Numbered from the stretch's first letter, positions 1 to 16,754 are shown. The stretch: 64,000 bases of DNA from Octopus vulgaris (GCA_951406725.2 OX597819.1:66526001-66590000); one strand, 5' to 3'. Notes: a model not told the origin generated them from the sequence alone. Program-made: numbers and translations.

Positions 1-486
1 CCATTTTCTTCTCTTAATTATATATATATGACTTGTATATGTTTGTATGTATATACATGTGTGTAGGTGTATATATATATGTGTGTGTGTATACAGAGAG
101 AGAGAGAGAGAGGAAGAGAGAGAACATGCATATATGCGAACATGTTATTGTACAATATATGCCTCAAATTTAATATCTTATGATGACGTGGCTGTCATTG
201 TAATCTGAACAAGATCCTAATTATACCGAGTAATGCAACCCCAGAGACACTGTCTTTAGAAAAGAATATATTTGCTCGTTCCTGGGATAAAGCTGGTTTA
301 AAAAATTCCTTATTACAGAGATATTGGGCTAAAAAATAGCAAATGCCAATTTGATTTTAAAAAAGAAATACATAAGCGGATACACATATATACACACATA
401 TGTGTGTATGTATGTGTGCGTGTGCGTTTGAGTGAGAGAGAGAGTGTGGGACAGATAGGCAGAGAACCAACGTATACACTCACTTT

Positions 487-539
<53 letters not shown>

Positions 540-751
540 TGTGTGTATGTATGCATGTATATATGGACGGATGGATGCAAGCATGTGTATGTATATATAA
601 AAGCAATCGATAATAATTAATAAAACCATTTTTGTTTACATTTCTTAGTGTATATAGACTATAGTACTAATTGCTTGAGTGTAAGCGCAGGGAAATCAGA
701 ATTTTCTACAAACAGGAAGTTTCTTAAAATATTAATTTTCAACCAAAAGAA

Positions 752-1032
<281 letters not shown>

Positions 1033-2169
1033 AAGGTAGTAATGAATTAATTTTCTTCGTTTATCGACATTTTACTTTTTAGCACATAATTGGATATTAG
1101 TGGCGGCAATAATTGGTTGAACACATTATATTCAACTACTCAGCGATACTGTAGGGAAATATGTTCATATATATACATACATACATACATACATACTTCT
1201 CTCTCTCTCTATATATATATAGCAATATTTATTTCAAATAATGATGGCTATAATAACTATTAATACGCATATGTACATAGAAATATAATACATAACAGAT
1301 AATGGGAGAAACAATAATGAATAGCATTATTTATTGTGAAATTATTGTCATTTTACTGTATTGGAAGACGCCTAATCTCTTTATGTAAACGATGTAGATT
1401 TTACAGTCTTTTGTAGACTCGGGGAAGTTTTTTTAAAATCAGACCAGCAACCGAAATATATTCCCAGGCAGAATTTTATCACAGAGCATAAAAATCTAGA
1501 ATGGATTCATCAAGAAATTTCGATCGTCGCACCAAAAAAATGCAACAAGCCACTGCTCTCATGTGGTACTTTTTTTTATGACACTTCATAGGATTACAGG
1601 CAAAAATGAAGATAATGCGAATTGAACTCTGTGCTCTGAGGATGAAAGGAAAACGGCATGACAGTTTATTCAAAGTTCTAAAGATTTTGCCAAATCGCTA
1701 TCTTGATGTAATAACCAATTATGTAAATTATTGGTTTAGAATAGGTAACCATTTAAGCACATGTTGCATAGTAAGTCGATCTAATTAAATATAGACATCT
1801 TCCAGATTCGAAGTATTGAGCCTACCTTATTGATTTATATACACAGTTTTAACAAGCACCAGACTGAGATTGGCATTCGCGGAAAGTGTTTAATTATCAG
1901 TGGATGTATACGCCGCTAAGTTAGACTCTAGGAGACGTATTATTAAGTAAACTAAAGGGAGCAAAGAATTATCGTGGACACTAATGATATATTTCTAAAG
2001 ATCGATGTTATTTAAATCGTAAGAAGGGAGACAATTACCATGGAATATATATTTGTGAGACTAATATAATGATTTCCTGAATGCGTAACAATACACCCCC
2101 ACGTTCATATATGTTAAACAACTACTCATTATATATATATATATGTGTTTGTGTGCATGTGTATGTGTG

Positions 2170-2212
<43 letters not shown>

Positions 2213-2479
2213 TAATTTTATTATAAGCAACTGAAATCTCTTCAAATTTACATCTGCGTTCCACTTCTGCGATTAAACATTTAAACCATCGCAGCGATTA
2301 AATGGATACGATCTGAAATATCTTCAGCATATATAGAATGAGCACCATTTAACCAAATATACACGGGTACGTAAACATACGTATACAAGTACATACATAC
2401 ATATATGTATACATACAAACAAACACACACACACACATATATACATATATAAAGCACAACACACATCGTATGTGAAACT

Positions 2480-3050
2480 GGATTGACAAAGAAACAGCAA
2501 CAGTTTTATGGACGATGATTAACTATTAAACGAAAGAGCGATTTCGCTGAGTAAACAGGAGACTAAACATCTATCGTCATGCAAGTCTACTTCGGAGATC
2601 CTTGTCTCGTCGTTGGAGAAAGCGGTCCCTATAAACTTCGCTTATATTGTCAAACTGATATAGTTAGTGATCTTCCCCGTTTGAATAAAGAATGAAATTA
2701 GTGTAAAAAAACATATCATTTTTTTATCATTTACTGTTTTTGTTGCATGTGACACGTTTCACTTTGATATCCATTGAATTAATGGAGTAAACTCATGGTT
2801 GTGTACGTGAAAGGAGATGAAAGAAGTATGTTGTCTAACATCCAGGAATATAATTTGTAATAGACATGCGTCGTATCAGCTAAGAGATTATAGAAATCAG
2901 TTTCAAAATATTGTAGGATTAACGTCGTCTTTTCTATACCCCATGGATGATTCTTGAACCATATCCATTCGACACTGCTCACGCTTAATTATGATAGATA
3001 GGATTGGTTTTGGAGAACCTTTTGCAACAAAATTTGAACTTCAGTAATCT
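2480..3050 (-). mobile_element. Decayed RTE-like RT remnant
   Basis: Minus-strand DVRQH..(S)P resembles GVRQG..LSP; downstream DLRSRLA resembles EI.SR.A. Confidence 0.35.
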
Positions 3051-3083
3051 GTCGCAATAATCTCTATTCAATACGTGTGGATA

Positions 3084-3552
<469 letters not shown>

Positions 3553-3818
3553 GTAATACATATCATACATAGACATTTGTTCATACATATAAAAGAATAT
3601 ACACGGTATCATTACATGGCTATCTTCACAATCAATCCCATAATTCAACGTCTATCCTCCTTGCAGATCACAAAATCCGAAATAAGGAAAACGGATAACA
3701 GAGAAAGATGAAGAAAATAGATCAGCTTTCACCATCACAGTTATTACAATATTACAATCTTATCCCTCTCATTCACACTCTCTCCCCCTTGCATTCTCTT
3801 TCTCCCTCTCTTCCTCTT

Positions 3819-3859
<41 letters not shown>

Positions 3860-4140
3860 CTGATACTTGCTCTCCCATTCCCCCATGGGAGAGCTGGGAT
3901 TTCATTAATATTGTTATCTAAAATAAATGAATGAATTCCATTAATATTCTAGATAACGTATCGCCCGAAATAATAGGACAGAATAATGGAATTTCGCATA
4001 TAAACGAACTAATGACAAAGATGGCTTCTTAGCTTTCGTTTACAGATCCGTAATGACTTTTACTCAAGTGCTCATACTTTCGTTTAATGTGTTCTTGCCT
4101 TGATGATAAAGACGACGTCGCCGCTACTTCTCCTCCTTCT

Positions 4141-4221
<81 letters not shown>

Positions 4222-4282
4222 CACCACCAACACCACCAACACTACCACTACTACTACTACTATTACTACTACTACTACTACT
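4141..4282. repeat. (TAC)n/(CAC)n microsatellite
   Basis: Direct inspection. Confidence 0.95.
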
Positions 4283-5847
4283 TCCACCATCCCCCTGCAA
4301 CAGCTGCTGCTGGTGTTGCTGATACAAGAAGTGAATGTTGTCATGTATACACATTGTATCGCAGTCCATACCTCCATAGGCAAAAATAATCGCACGCAGT
4401 CTCTTTCTCCCTCACACATACACACACGCAACATGCACATACATGTATAAACACATACAAATGCATGGTCATACATATGCATCTCTGAGTATGCATTTGC
4501 GTATATTTTGCGGGAAATCTTTATTGAATGTTATATATTGTTTTTCAAATATTTAAGTTGTCATTCATACTCAGCAAACAAAGTGAGACCCACGCTATCA
4601 TCAACGTTGATAGAATCATAAGGGCATTGAATATTATGCTTTATTTGATTTCACAACATTTTCTTGTTTTATGTTCAAATCGTACCGCAACTAACTTTGC
4701 AATTTATATGTCTGCGAGTCCATTTATATGTCTGCGAGTTCATAAATTAAAAACCTAGCATGTAATCGTGTCGATTCAATCAACCGATGCTTCTTCTATG
4801 AAATTATCAAGCCTTGTTTCTAAACTAGAAAAGAGTTATTGTAAATTGTCTTACGTTACTTAATTACGGCTTATTACGTTCTGATTCCACATCTATCCAA
4901 CGCCAATATTATTTGTCATGATTTTGATGTCGCTAAATAAAGATACCTGTCGAATATTATGATAGATTTAATCGGTTACCTTTCACCTAACATTCTCTGC
5001 AAGGCATTTTATTCGACACACTAACGATTCTTCTACTCCTCAATTTTTATTACAATTGCGTCTGAAACATGGATTTCTCGATGATACTAATTGTGGAAAC
5101 AGGGATTTCTCGATGATACTAACAACCTCAATACTCGGCAGATACTACATTTATCTACCCCAAGGATATGAAATACATAGCTGACATCAATATTATTTGT
5201 ATTTTGCTGGCAGACCCGGATCAACTGCCGCGAAGAATCTTATCAAAACTCTTGCAATTTTGTCAGTCCATAGCTCTCATAATGTCCTATTCTTTCATTT
5301 ATATTAAAAAACTTATGCTGTATTCTACAAAAGGAACCTAACTTTACTCGTGGTAATAAATAACATATTAAAGATATGCAGCATTTAATTTTCTTGCACC
5401 ACATTCATAATATTATCCAAGAAGTCATATATACAAAAGGCTCCTAAGCATGGCTCAAATTGAACATTGAGCAATTCATTCATTGAATGAACGTTCATAT
5501 ATATATATATTTATATATATCGACGGATTTTGGAAACTGAAAGATTAATGTTATCATTGTATTCATGCAACCTTCCTAACTAGTGAAATAGTAAACTGAT
5601 GCTATGAATAACCGTCATGCTAAAAAGTTGGTCTTTAAACAGTATTTGCGTGATGTTTCTTCTCTGGTCTCAGTAACTTGCTTATGAGTATGTTGTTTTC
5701 TTTCCAACAATCTTTTCAGTAGCACTCTCTACAACATGACAAATGAGACCACGAGTAGTTGATGCTTGAAGAGGGATATGTGCTTTGATGCATGAATTGC
5801 AACAACGTCGACTGTTCGGATGATGATTATTATTATTATTATTATTA

Positions 5848-5971
<124 letters not shown>

Positions 5972-6011
5972 CAGTAGTAGTAGTAGTAGTAGTAGTAGCA
6001 GCATTTTTTAA

Positions 6012-6720
6012 AAAATAACATATGGTCCGTGGTCTTCTGCTCGACTGGGGTCATCCCTTGATCCTAGAGTCACAGCAGGTCCTCATCTCATGAAGAGTAC
6101 ACGGCGTAAAATGTGTACGGAACCGAGCAACATTATTTTCTGAATTTCTCCCACGTTAACACTGCAAGGGAGTTCGTTGAGCTGCTTATCAAGGTCTTTT
6201 TAATCAGCCATAACACCCCAATCACCACTGGTGCTAGGCTGCTTTTCATTCACAACATCTTGGTCACTTCTATTTCGAGGTCTTTGTACTTAAATAAATT
6301 CTCAACTTCTTTAATGCTCACATTTCTCTCTGATGGTACTTTCACATCTATCATTAAGCATTATTTATTCTTCCTATGGTTGATGACTATGTCCGGCCTG
6401 TTTGCCTTGATTTCTTCGTCGGCGTTGATTGGCATGTCCCAGAGTACAGTTACATTATCTTTTCCGGCCACAGCTTCAGTTTAATGCTGGTAATATCTTT
6501 CTGAAGTTGGAAGCTGGTAGTGTTTACATATATTCATAGACACTCTATCGTGTCTATGAATATATTCGGTTTTTGCGAGCGCTGTGCATCCAGTTAAGAT
6601 GTTGTCCACTGTTTCATACTACCCATGACACATTCTGCATTACGGATCAATGCCACTGTATATTATTTTGTTTTGGTAAGCTCTGGTTGCCAAGATTTGA
6701 TCTTGCGCTGCTATAATAAA
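6012..6720 (-). mobile_element. 5'-truncated R4/Dong-like LINE fragment (knuckle + RLE + 3'UTR), distinct subfamily
   Basis: Manual minus-strand translation: CRMCHG..ETVDNILTGCTALAKTEYIHRHDRV, KANRPDIVI, CLMIDVKVPSERNVSIKE, KYKDLEIEV, EIQKIMLLGSVHILRRVL, with stops and frameshifts. Flanked by (ATT)n/(AGT)n on one side and (ATT)n on the other. Confidence 0.88.
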
Positions 6721-6723
6721 ACA

Positions 6724-7920
<1,197 letters not shown>

Positions 7921-8374
7921 TCTTCTTTACGTCCTCATTTTCCTCAACGTAGTCGTTGTTGTGGTTGTCGTCGGCGCCATCACCACCACAACTATCCCCA
8001 CCTACACCACCACCACCACCAGCACCACCACCACCATCACCATCATCATCGGCATAAGTCACATCATGTCGTTTCACGCCTTTTGTCCAGTAATTTAAAC
8101 CAAAATATTCTACATAATACATTCTGGCCATCCTTTGGAGCGATTTGTTCATTTATTTTCTTTAAAAAGAGAATGACTAAAACAACAGGGAAAAAAATGG
8201 CAATCGAAAACATGGCAGACTGAATCTTAAGATGTAGAAATGTGAAATTAAATATAAACATACAGGAACGGACACTGCGGTAAGAAATTGAGTCAGTTAT
8301 GTTTTATCGAATCTCAATCGACATAACTTTGAGTAGATATGAAATTTATAGCGAATATCGCTTGATACGCAAAC

Positions 8375-8426
8375 ATATATCTACATGTATGTGTGTGTGT
8401 GTGAGTGTGTATACGTGCGTGCGTGT

Positions 8427-8468
<42 letters not shown>

Positions 8469-8469
8469 G

Positions 8470-8501
<32 letters not shown>

Positions 8502-8585
8502 CGTACATATACATATGTTTATACATACATATATATATATATACCTATGTATAAATGCATAAACATATATAAACACACACACACG

Positions 8586-8649
<64 letters not shown>

Positions 8650-9015
8650 AGTATGTATATACTAATATATATATATATACACACATACATACACACATGT
8701 ATGTATATTTTCATATGCATATATGTATATACTTATACTTGTATATCATGCATGTATATAAATGTATCTATATGCACATATATATATCTAGTCACCCATA
8801 TATATATATATATATATATATATATGGGTGACTAGATAGATAGAAAAATGTAGATATAAATGTAAATATAGAAGGTATATATATATATGTGTGTATATGT
8901 GTATACCTATATGTGTGTGGGCGTAATTGTTTATGAATGCATGAATATATACATAAGTATATATACATATGTATGTATATATATATGTATATGTTTGTAT
9001 ATACATATATATTTA

Positions 9016-9060
<45 letters not shown>

Positions 9061-9140
9061 GTATGTATGTTTGTTTGTATGTATGTATGTAGGTATGTAT
9101 GTATGTATGTATGTATGTATGTATGTATGTATGTATGTAG
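8375..9140. repeat. Compound (TA)n/(CA)n/(TATG)n microsatellite field
   Basis: Direct inspection. Confidence 0.95.
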
Positions 9141-9461
9141 AAGCTGCCAAAAATTCTTAATCCATCCCGCTACGTCGAGTGCTAGAGGTCCGCAATAATC
9201 GCTTTTTTCATTACCGATTTCTAAGACTTCCTATTGATCTGTTTTCTTTAATGTCTAAGTACACTCAGTTTATAGGAATTTTTTTTTCCTCCTTCTAGCT
9301 TCAAATACTATATTTTCTATTTCTTCATTTGATTCTGTTTTTGTCATACTGTGAATAATGTATGCTTTCTTATTTAAGAATACTTAAAATATAAAGTAAA
9401 AGTTACCTAAAACAAATTCACTTGTCTGCACTTGGTAGAAACTCTAGTGGAAACATATGTT

Positions 9462-9495
<34 letters not shown>

Positions 9496-9592
9496 CATAC
9501 ATACATATGTATGCATATATTTAAGTATTTCCTTGGGTAGATTCGTGATACATACACACATACATATGTATATATTTATAAATATAAGCATA

Positions 9593-9638
<46 letters not shown>

Positions 9639-9681
9639 TATAGATATACACACATATATATATATATGTTTTTATTTTGAT

Positions 9682-9760
<79 letters not shown>

Positions 9761-10277
9761 AGTACAGAGGGAAGGAGGTATACCTATACAGCTAGAGATA
9801 GACGCCTCTATATAAATGAAGACACACACACAGTCACACACACACACACACACACACGCACACACACACACGCACGCATAATATATTGCTGTGTAATAAA
9901 TTATTTTTAAAGCGATTTCTTTTTTTACTCTTACTATTTCTTCAAAGATCAAAGTTGCACTGAATCAATTTTGGTTGTTGGAAACGCGGCAACGTCTAAC
10001 GTTAATATAGCTACACTGCGTTGTTAAATCATTATACAACCATATTTATTATTTTTTTATTTTAGCTTAGTTAGAAATTTTTGAAAAATTTCTTTCTGCT
10101 ACAGACTCTGATTGAGACATGTTGATTGATATCTCTAACTAGTAACGCATCTTAACATCATCAAAAGACTCACCTGTATAGCTGTAATATTTAGCACTGC
10201 TAAATAACTAAATGCTCTGTGAAGAGAGATTCTTGGGGAGATTTGCGTTCGTTTTATATTTCCCGACATATTGTCGG

Positions 10278-10450
10278 TGAACTGGCAGTAACGTTTGCAT
10301 GCCGTTTAAAATGGTTTGCGCGGAGTTTGCTTTTCATCTTTTCGTACACGATGAAATGAGTACTATTTGGACACTAGTGCTGATGTAATCGACTTAACCC
10401 CCTCATCTGAAATTGTTGACTATCTGCCAAAATTTCAAACCAACATTTCT
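10278..10450 (+). mobile_element. SINE family B, degenerate
   Basis: GGTGAACTGGCAGTAACGTTTGCATGCCG..TTTGCTTTTCATC..GATGTAATCGACTTAACCCC. Confidence 0.55.
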
Positions 10451-10545
10451 AAATGTATTTTTTCTGAGCTCACGTGAAAAGTCGATTGAAACTTGCATAG
10501 TAATCTTCCGAATGACGCGTAAATTTTCTTCAGGAAACAAAGGAT

Positions 10546-11040
10546 ATACAGTGAGTTGTTAGAAGTATCGGAAAACAATGACGTCCTTGTGCCTTCTCGC
10601 AGAGACAGCCGTTTGAGGATTTGTTGGTACCAGGTTTCGCTCGGTGAACTGCCTCTCTTGAATTAGTTTTGAAGCAGATGAAAAATATTGGCAGTAAATT
10701 GCCAGAAGCAGCTGAGAATTGCAGGCTACTAAAGCTGACTCAAGAAAGAGGTCGAATTGTAGCAAGAACGTGTATTCAGGATAATATAAACTCTGGACTA
10801 GATTGCACAAAGTCCATCCGGTTGTGCAGACGTTTTCTCGCCAATATCGGTAAGTAGCCCCAGTGTCATGGGGTAAAAGCTGCCTTATCAGCTGAAGGTT
10901 GGAACAGAAAATGATGTTAAAATACATATCTTTCCACTTGAAAACATTTGTGATAATAAAATGTAGTGAACTTGAGAGAATTGTATACTGCTTTTAAAGG
11001 TGAAGTTACATTTCAGAGGAACCTAAACTATTTCAGGGAA
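10546..11040 (+). mobile_element. Internally deleted Tc1-like transposon remnant
   Basis: Begins TACAGTGAGTTGTTAGAAGTATCGG (Tc1-like TIR). KLTQERGRIVA resembles the Tc1 N-terminus and KAALSAEGWNRK* the C-terminal AVI.A.GG.TKY*. Right end uncertain. Confidence 0.45.
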
Positions 11041-12379
11041 TCTTTTACTTTTGACTATTTTTGAGCTCCAGCTAAAATGAATAAATTAAAAGTCCGTTTC
11101 AACGGCGAACTGTTATTTAGTGTTGCATATTGCATAGTAAAATAGTGAAATATAATATATGGCACAATATGATGTAATATAATATATCATATAATTCATT
11201 ATAATATATTAATTTATGATATGATATAATGGAATATATTATTATGTAATGTAATATAATGCAATATACTATATACTATAATATATTTTAATGTAATGTG
11301 TTATAATATACTATTAGCTTAGACGCAAGTCTAGCAATATTGAAGTGAAGTGGTAGTTGGCTTGTACTCTGTTTTATAGACTCCCAGAGAAATGAAATAC
11401 GGGGTTGATATCAAGAAGATCTCGATTCAGAAATGAAAATTCTCCCTAAGACCAAACTACAATGACGTCAACACACAAACTGTAACAAAAATGCATATTT
11501 AAGTATAGTAAAATATTATCATTCGAAGACCAGTAAGAGTGATTACAGCAGTTCTTTCGTAGACAGTTTTATATGTGTAAAGCCAACTTGCAGTTCATTA
11601 AAAAAAAACATATGCTCTCATATAGAAATTCAATGTGGTTAGTTTTCATAAATATCAACAAGGAGTAGTAGCATAATTTTGAATTTGTCATTGATCTCGC
11701 TGATGTCACTTTTTACATGGAGTTGATACAGGTTTCGTTTTATTTCTGGAAAGTCATTTTGCTGACAATAAACACACCGACTGGTTCTATTTCACTTCTT
11801 TATTTTTATTTCTCACTTGGTCGACTATTTAACCAGTTAATTAATCGATTGTATGATTAATCATTCGGTCAATCAGTCAATCAATCAATCAATCAATCAA
11901 CCAGGAATGTCAAGATCATTCGTGACCTCATCAATGCCAATCCTGTCTACTCCAACTCTACCTGTCAATCAGTCGATTAGTTTATTGATTAGATGGTTAC
12001 TCGATGGGATAATAAAAATAAAATTGTAAAATATAATCATTGGGTAAGTTTATTCGTGGTATAAAGTTCTTTTCAAGATAATACAAGATATTCCTTACTA
12101 AAGGAAAGTAATCTGCGAAAATTGCAGTGGAAATTGATTCTTAAATTCTTTTCTATCTAGGGATTAAACTGGCCACACCAGATTAAAGCTTTCATAAAAT
12201 CATAGTTAACACAACATACTATAATATTAGCCAAAGAACAGAAGAGCAGAAGGAATAGAGCACTGCATTCAGATCTTATTTCTCAGAAAATGTCCTGGAA
12301 ATTTGAATCTCCACAAAAAAAGATCTGTTTCTGTTAGACATTGTCATTTCAAACAGGAGTGAGCAAATCAAATAAGACA

Positions 12380-12638
12380 TTGGAGTAAAGATTATTTATC
12401 ATCATAACATGGCAGTCCTGGTTTAGGATGAATGTTGCTGTAATTTAGCACCAGGAGACATCGTCTCCAGCTGGATATACGACACGATCTGTGTCCTTAT
12501 ATTTTCGTAAAAGGGAATCTAGCACCCCCATTCAGCTCAAAACGATATCTGTATATCGCGATTTCCGGGTTATTTTACAACATCATACATTCTAAACCAG
12601 GACTGCCGTGTTATGTTGGCAAACAATTTTTACTCCAA
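12380..12638. mobile_element. MITE-like element with long terminal inverted repeats
   Basis: TTGGAGTAAAGATTATTTATCATCATAACATGGCAGTCCTGGTTTAGGATG matches the reverse complement of CATTCTAAACCAGGACTGCCGTGTTATGTTGGCAAACAATTTTTACTCCAA. Confidence 0.75.
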
Positions 12639-12875
12639 AGTACTGTTGGTGAATATCTCTCGTTGTAAGATTTACGAATAGGAATTTTCTAAATAAGACA
12701 TCTTTTGACATTATTGTATTTGTGAAGACGGGTTAAGAAACTGGAAACTGAAACAAACGCTGGAGCGATTCATAAAATGGGAATAGGTTAGTGGTATTGA
12801 ATTGAAATGCAGAGAAATCTCAAAGTTTAGTTCCCTATTGTTAGCTCTATGACATCATCAATCGGTTATATTTTT

Positions 12876-13272
12876 TCTTTGACTTGTTTCAATCATTTGA
12901 CAGCGGCCATGCTGGAGAACCGCCTTTAGTGGAGAAAATCGATGCTAGAACTTTTTCTTTGGAAGCCTAGTACTTATTCTATCGGGTTCTTTTGCCGAAC
13001 CACTAAGTTACGGGGACGTAAACACACCAGCATCGGTTATCAAGCGATGTTGAGAGGACAAACACTGATACACAATATGTACACACACATATATACATAT
13101 ACATATATACGACGGGCTTCTTTCAGTTTCCGTCTACCAAATCCACTCACAAGGCTTTGGTCGCTCCGAAGCTATAGTAGAAGACACTTGTCCAAGGTGC
13201 CATGCAGTGCGACTGAACCCGGAGCTATGGGGTTCGTAAGCAAGCTACTTAACACACAGCAACTCCTATGCC
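12876..13272 (-). mobile_element. tRNA-like SINE family A, full length
   Basis: Reverse complement matches the copies at 24169 and 54296 (head, CCTTGG.CAAGTGTCTTCTACTATAGC body, CCAGCATGGCCGC tail). Confidence 0.88.
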
Positions 13273-13309
13273 TATATCGTTTATCGTTTATCTTTTACAT
13301 GATTTAATA

Positions 13310-13795
13310 AAGTGCGCCCATATTGGGGCAACACCTTGAAGAATTTTTATTTATCTGAATCGATCCCAGTTTTTATACCCTTTTTAAAGCTTAGTACTTA
13401 TTCCATCGAACACTTTTGACGCACAGTTAATTTACGGGGTTGGAAACACACCAACACCGGTTCTAAAGCGGGGGTGGGACAAAGAGAAAGGCACACATGC
13501 ACACACATACAAATACACACACATAAACACACACAAATATACACGCATAAACACACACACACGTACGCAGATACGCAAACATAAGCACACACGCACGCAC
13601 ACACAAAGACTCACAAACCTACATGCACACATTCGCACTAACATATACTCACGTATAATTTCAGTTTCTGTTTGTCAGATCCACTGACAAGTCTTTGTGC
13701 CTCCTCGACTCTAGAGTAGAAAACATTTGTTCAATGTACCACTGAATCCTGAACAATATTGTTGGGAAGCAAACTTCTAACCACAAAGCCGCGCA
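13310..13795 (-). mobile_element. SINE family A, degenerate copy
   Basis: Diverged match to family A head, body and tail with an internal (CA)n tract. Confidence 0.65.
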
Positions 13796-13979
13796 AATTT
13801 CCAATGACAGGAAATATTTTTTTAGCACGACTATTTCAATAACACATAGCTCAGACAGAAATCGATATTACCCAAAATACAAAATTCAACAATTGACAGA
13901 GATGAAGCCGTGCAAAACCCACAAAAACTCTCAGATGAAACAGAATAAACTACTCCAGTGAGTTTTTCTCGATGTCGTA

Positions 13980-14914
13980 CAGTAGAACCTCGCAGTACGA
14001 GTGCCCCGTTGTACGAGTAGTTTGCTGTACGAGTGAAGACCTGTGCGAATTTTCGTCTTGAGGTACGAGCGGAAATCTGCAGTACAAGCACACAAATTGT
14101 CCCATCTTCAAGGTAATTCAATTAATTTATACATATAAATTTGACATTGGTGATTTTTTCTTGTCTTGGGATCCACGGTCAAACGACTGGGTGGAATTGC
14201 GCGAAAAATCACACAGATGTGTGGAATGATCCGGTGGTGATACTGTGCTTTGTATGTTTCTATAGCTCCCATGGTTACCGGGATAATCTACTATAATACT
14301 CTTGTGTTTATGAATGGGAAAGAAACGGGTGATAGATGAATAAGGAAAGAAGAGGAGATATTATACTTGGGAGTAGGATGGTGAAAATTGTACGCTGACA
14401 AATAAATCAAATAGCGTTTCAACTTTGTGTGAATATATGTGTGTGTGTGTAAAAGGAGAGTATGTGAATGTGTGTGCGCGCGCGCAATGGAAGTGGAATG
14501 GTTTATCATTTTTTGCTTAGTATTTGGATTTATTTTTTGATTTGGTTGAGTCTTGGTTGTTTTTTTTTTGCTGTTGGTCAGTTATTTTTAGCGTTGTGAC
14601 AGCAAAAAGTCATTCTAAAATTGTATTTTAACGTAAGCATGCCCAAAGAAGTCGAATGCTTACACAGAGCAGGTTTTACAGCCACATCATCCAAACCGAC
14701 CGGGTGAAACCGGGCTTAGCTGCTAGTATAATGAATAAAACCATATTTGTTTTCCATTTTCTTTTTCATAATTATCATTTTACTTGTAACAACACCTTTC
14801 TGATTTAAAACCCATAAAACACTATTTTTGAATAGTTTTTGAGGGGCTGGAACGGATTAATTATATATTAGAAAATTGAATTTTAAAGCGAGTTCGTACT
14901 GCGAAGTATCACTG
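13980..14914. mobile_element. Tigger/pogo-like MITE interrupted by a Helitron
   Basis: Left end TA|CAGTAGAACCTCGCAGTACGAG. Right end reverse-complements to CAGTGATACTTCGCAGTACGAAC (degenerate TIR). Subterminal GGAACGGATTAAT resembles Tigger-like elements. Confidence 0.7.
14287..14726 (+). mobile_element. Non-autonomous Helitron nested in a MITE
   Basis: 5' A|TCTACTATATAA; 3' hairpin CCGG-GTGAAA-CCGG then TTAGCTGCTAG|T. Inserted between A and T. Confidence 0.8.
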
Positions 14915-15636
14915 CCTCTTAACACAGTCTTGTACAGCATTAAGGAGGCTGAGGTATTCTTCTGACGATCATGGATAATTTACATTTTTGCAATAACACA
15001 AGCAACTGATATAAAAAACTATTTGAAGGAAAAGTACCGAAAGGTTTTGACGATCGTAACGATATATTTGTGCAAAATAAATTATTCCCACTAACGGTTC
15101 ATTTCATTTGAAAATATTGCAGTTTCAAGTCAGAATAACGATGGTGTAAAATCTGAGATTTAATTGGTCCTACTTTGGTTATCTCTAATTTATGTATCTT
15201 GCAATATTTCCATATGACTGGATTTCTATGTGTGTTTGTATAATGTGTGTTTGTGTAATTGTATATATGTCTCTCTCTCTCTCTCTCTTTCTCTATCACT
15301 CCCTCTTTACCTTACTCTCTCCCACTATCTCTCTATTTATCTCTATGTATCTACTTCTCTTTCGGTCTCTCTTTCTTCCTCTCTCTGCTTCTGTCGCTCT
15401 CTCCCCCCCCCCTATATATATATATATATACATATACACATATATGTGTATGTCTGTGTCTGAATGAGCATGCATGTGCATACACACTTACAAACATACA
15501 AGCGTATGCACATATGTATGTGCAGGGATGTATATATATATATATATATGTTGCACATATAATCGCGTATATGTGTGTGCATTTGTATATATATGTAATT
15601 AAAGATATTTATTAATACGCACACAAATATGCATAC

Positions 15637-15709
<73 letters not shown>

Positions 15710-15714
15710 CGTGC

Positions 15715-15751
<37 letters not shown>

Positions 15752-16421
15752 CATATTTTTATATATGTATATATATATATCTATATCTATCTACCTATCT
15801 ATATGTATATATATAAATGTAGACACACGCACACACACATATATATAGACATACTTAGAGAGAGAGAGAGAGAGAAAGAGAGAGAAAGAGAGAGACCGAG
15901 CTTTAATTGGTATTTTAGCTTTCTCGAATTTATGTATCTTATAATGTTTGCAAATGTGTGCGTGAATGTGAGTGTGTGTGCAGGTGCGATGTATGTGTGT
16001 GTGCAGGTGCGATGTATGTGTGTGTGCAGGCCTGAGCGTGCGTTTGCTCGCGTGTGTGTGCATGCATACATACCTATCCACACACTGATATCATACAAAC
16101 GTTCTTGCTCTTAAATTCAGCAAATATAAGTTTCTATTTAAATTCGAATATTTAAAATACCACAAAATGAAAACTCAATAAAAAAACCGTCAAAAATAAT
16201 AAGATAAATATACCATTGAACATTGAAATAACTTCTGTATTACATAGAAAAGTATTTACGCTTTGGTAAACTCAAAGAAAATCCGGCAATCTAATTTATT
16301 GTCTACGCTTCGTTGACGTCATTTTTGTCTCCTGACGGCACAATGGCAGAGTTGAATATTGACTTAGTGCGTATGTATCGTGTATGTGATGGTTATGTGT
16401 AAAGAGTATTGTATTTCAATG

Positions 16422-16570
16422 TAGGTGTGGCCTTGTAGTTCAAGAAGTTTGCTCAATAATAATGAGGTGTGGGGTTCGATTCTATTGTTTTAAATTCGTT
16501 GTAGCATAACATTGGGTCATTCTGATTAAGCATGTCCTGGAAATTTGACAACAATGGAAACTATGGAATA
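16422..16570 (+). mobile_element. SINE family A head, degenerate
   Basis: GTAGGTGTGGCCTTGTAGTTCAAGAAGTTTGC...GGGTTCGATTC...GGAAACT: A-box-like and B-box-like motifs. Confidence 0.5.
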
Positions 16571-16754
16571 GATCGGTAATTTCTGAAACAAAAACTCCTT
16601 TATAGTACAGTACGTGTGGCTAAATGAGGGATTTAGTGTGGATTACATGTGGCTGTGTAATAATTAACCTTATATTCTATAAATTATAAAAGACGGATCG
16701 TTTAATCAGAGAAGTGGAATATATAACAAACCGACAAACGATCCAGGAACAATA

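Noticed and set aside
4722-5122. Short tandem duplications (20 bp near 4722; GGATTTCTCGATGATACTAA twice near 5071)
   Set aside because: Ordinary slippage duplications; two units only, not CRISPR-like.
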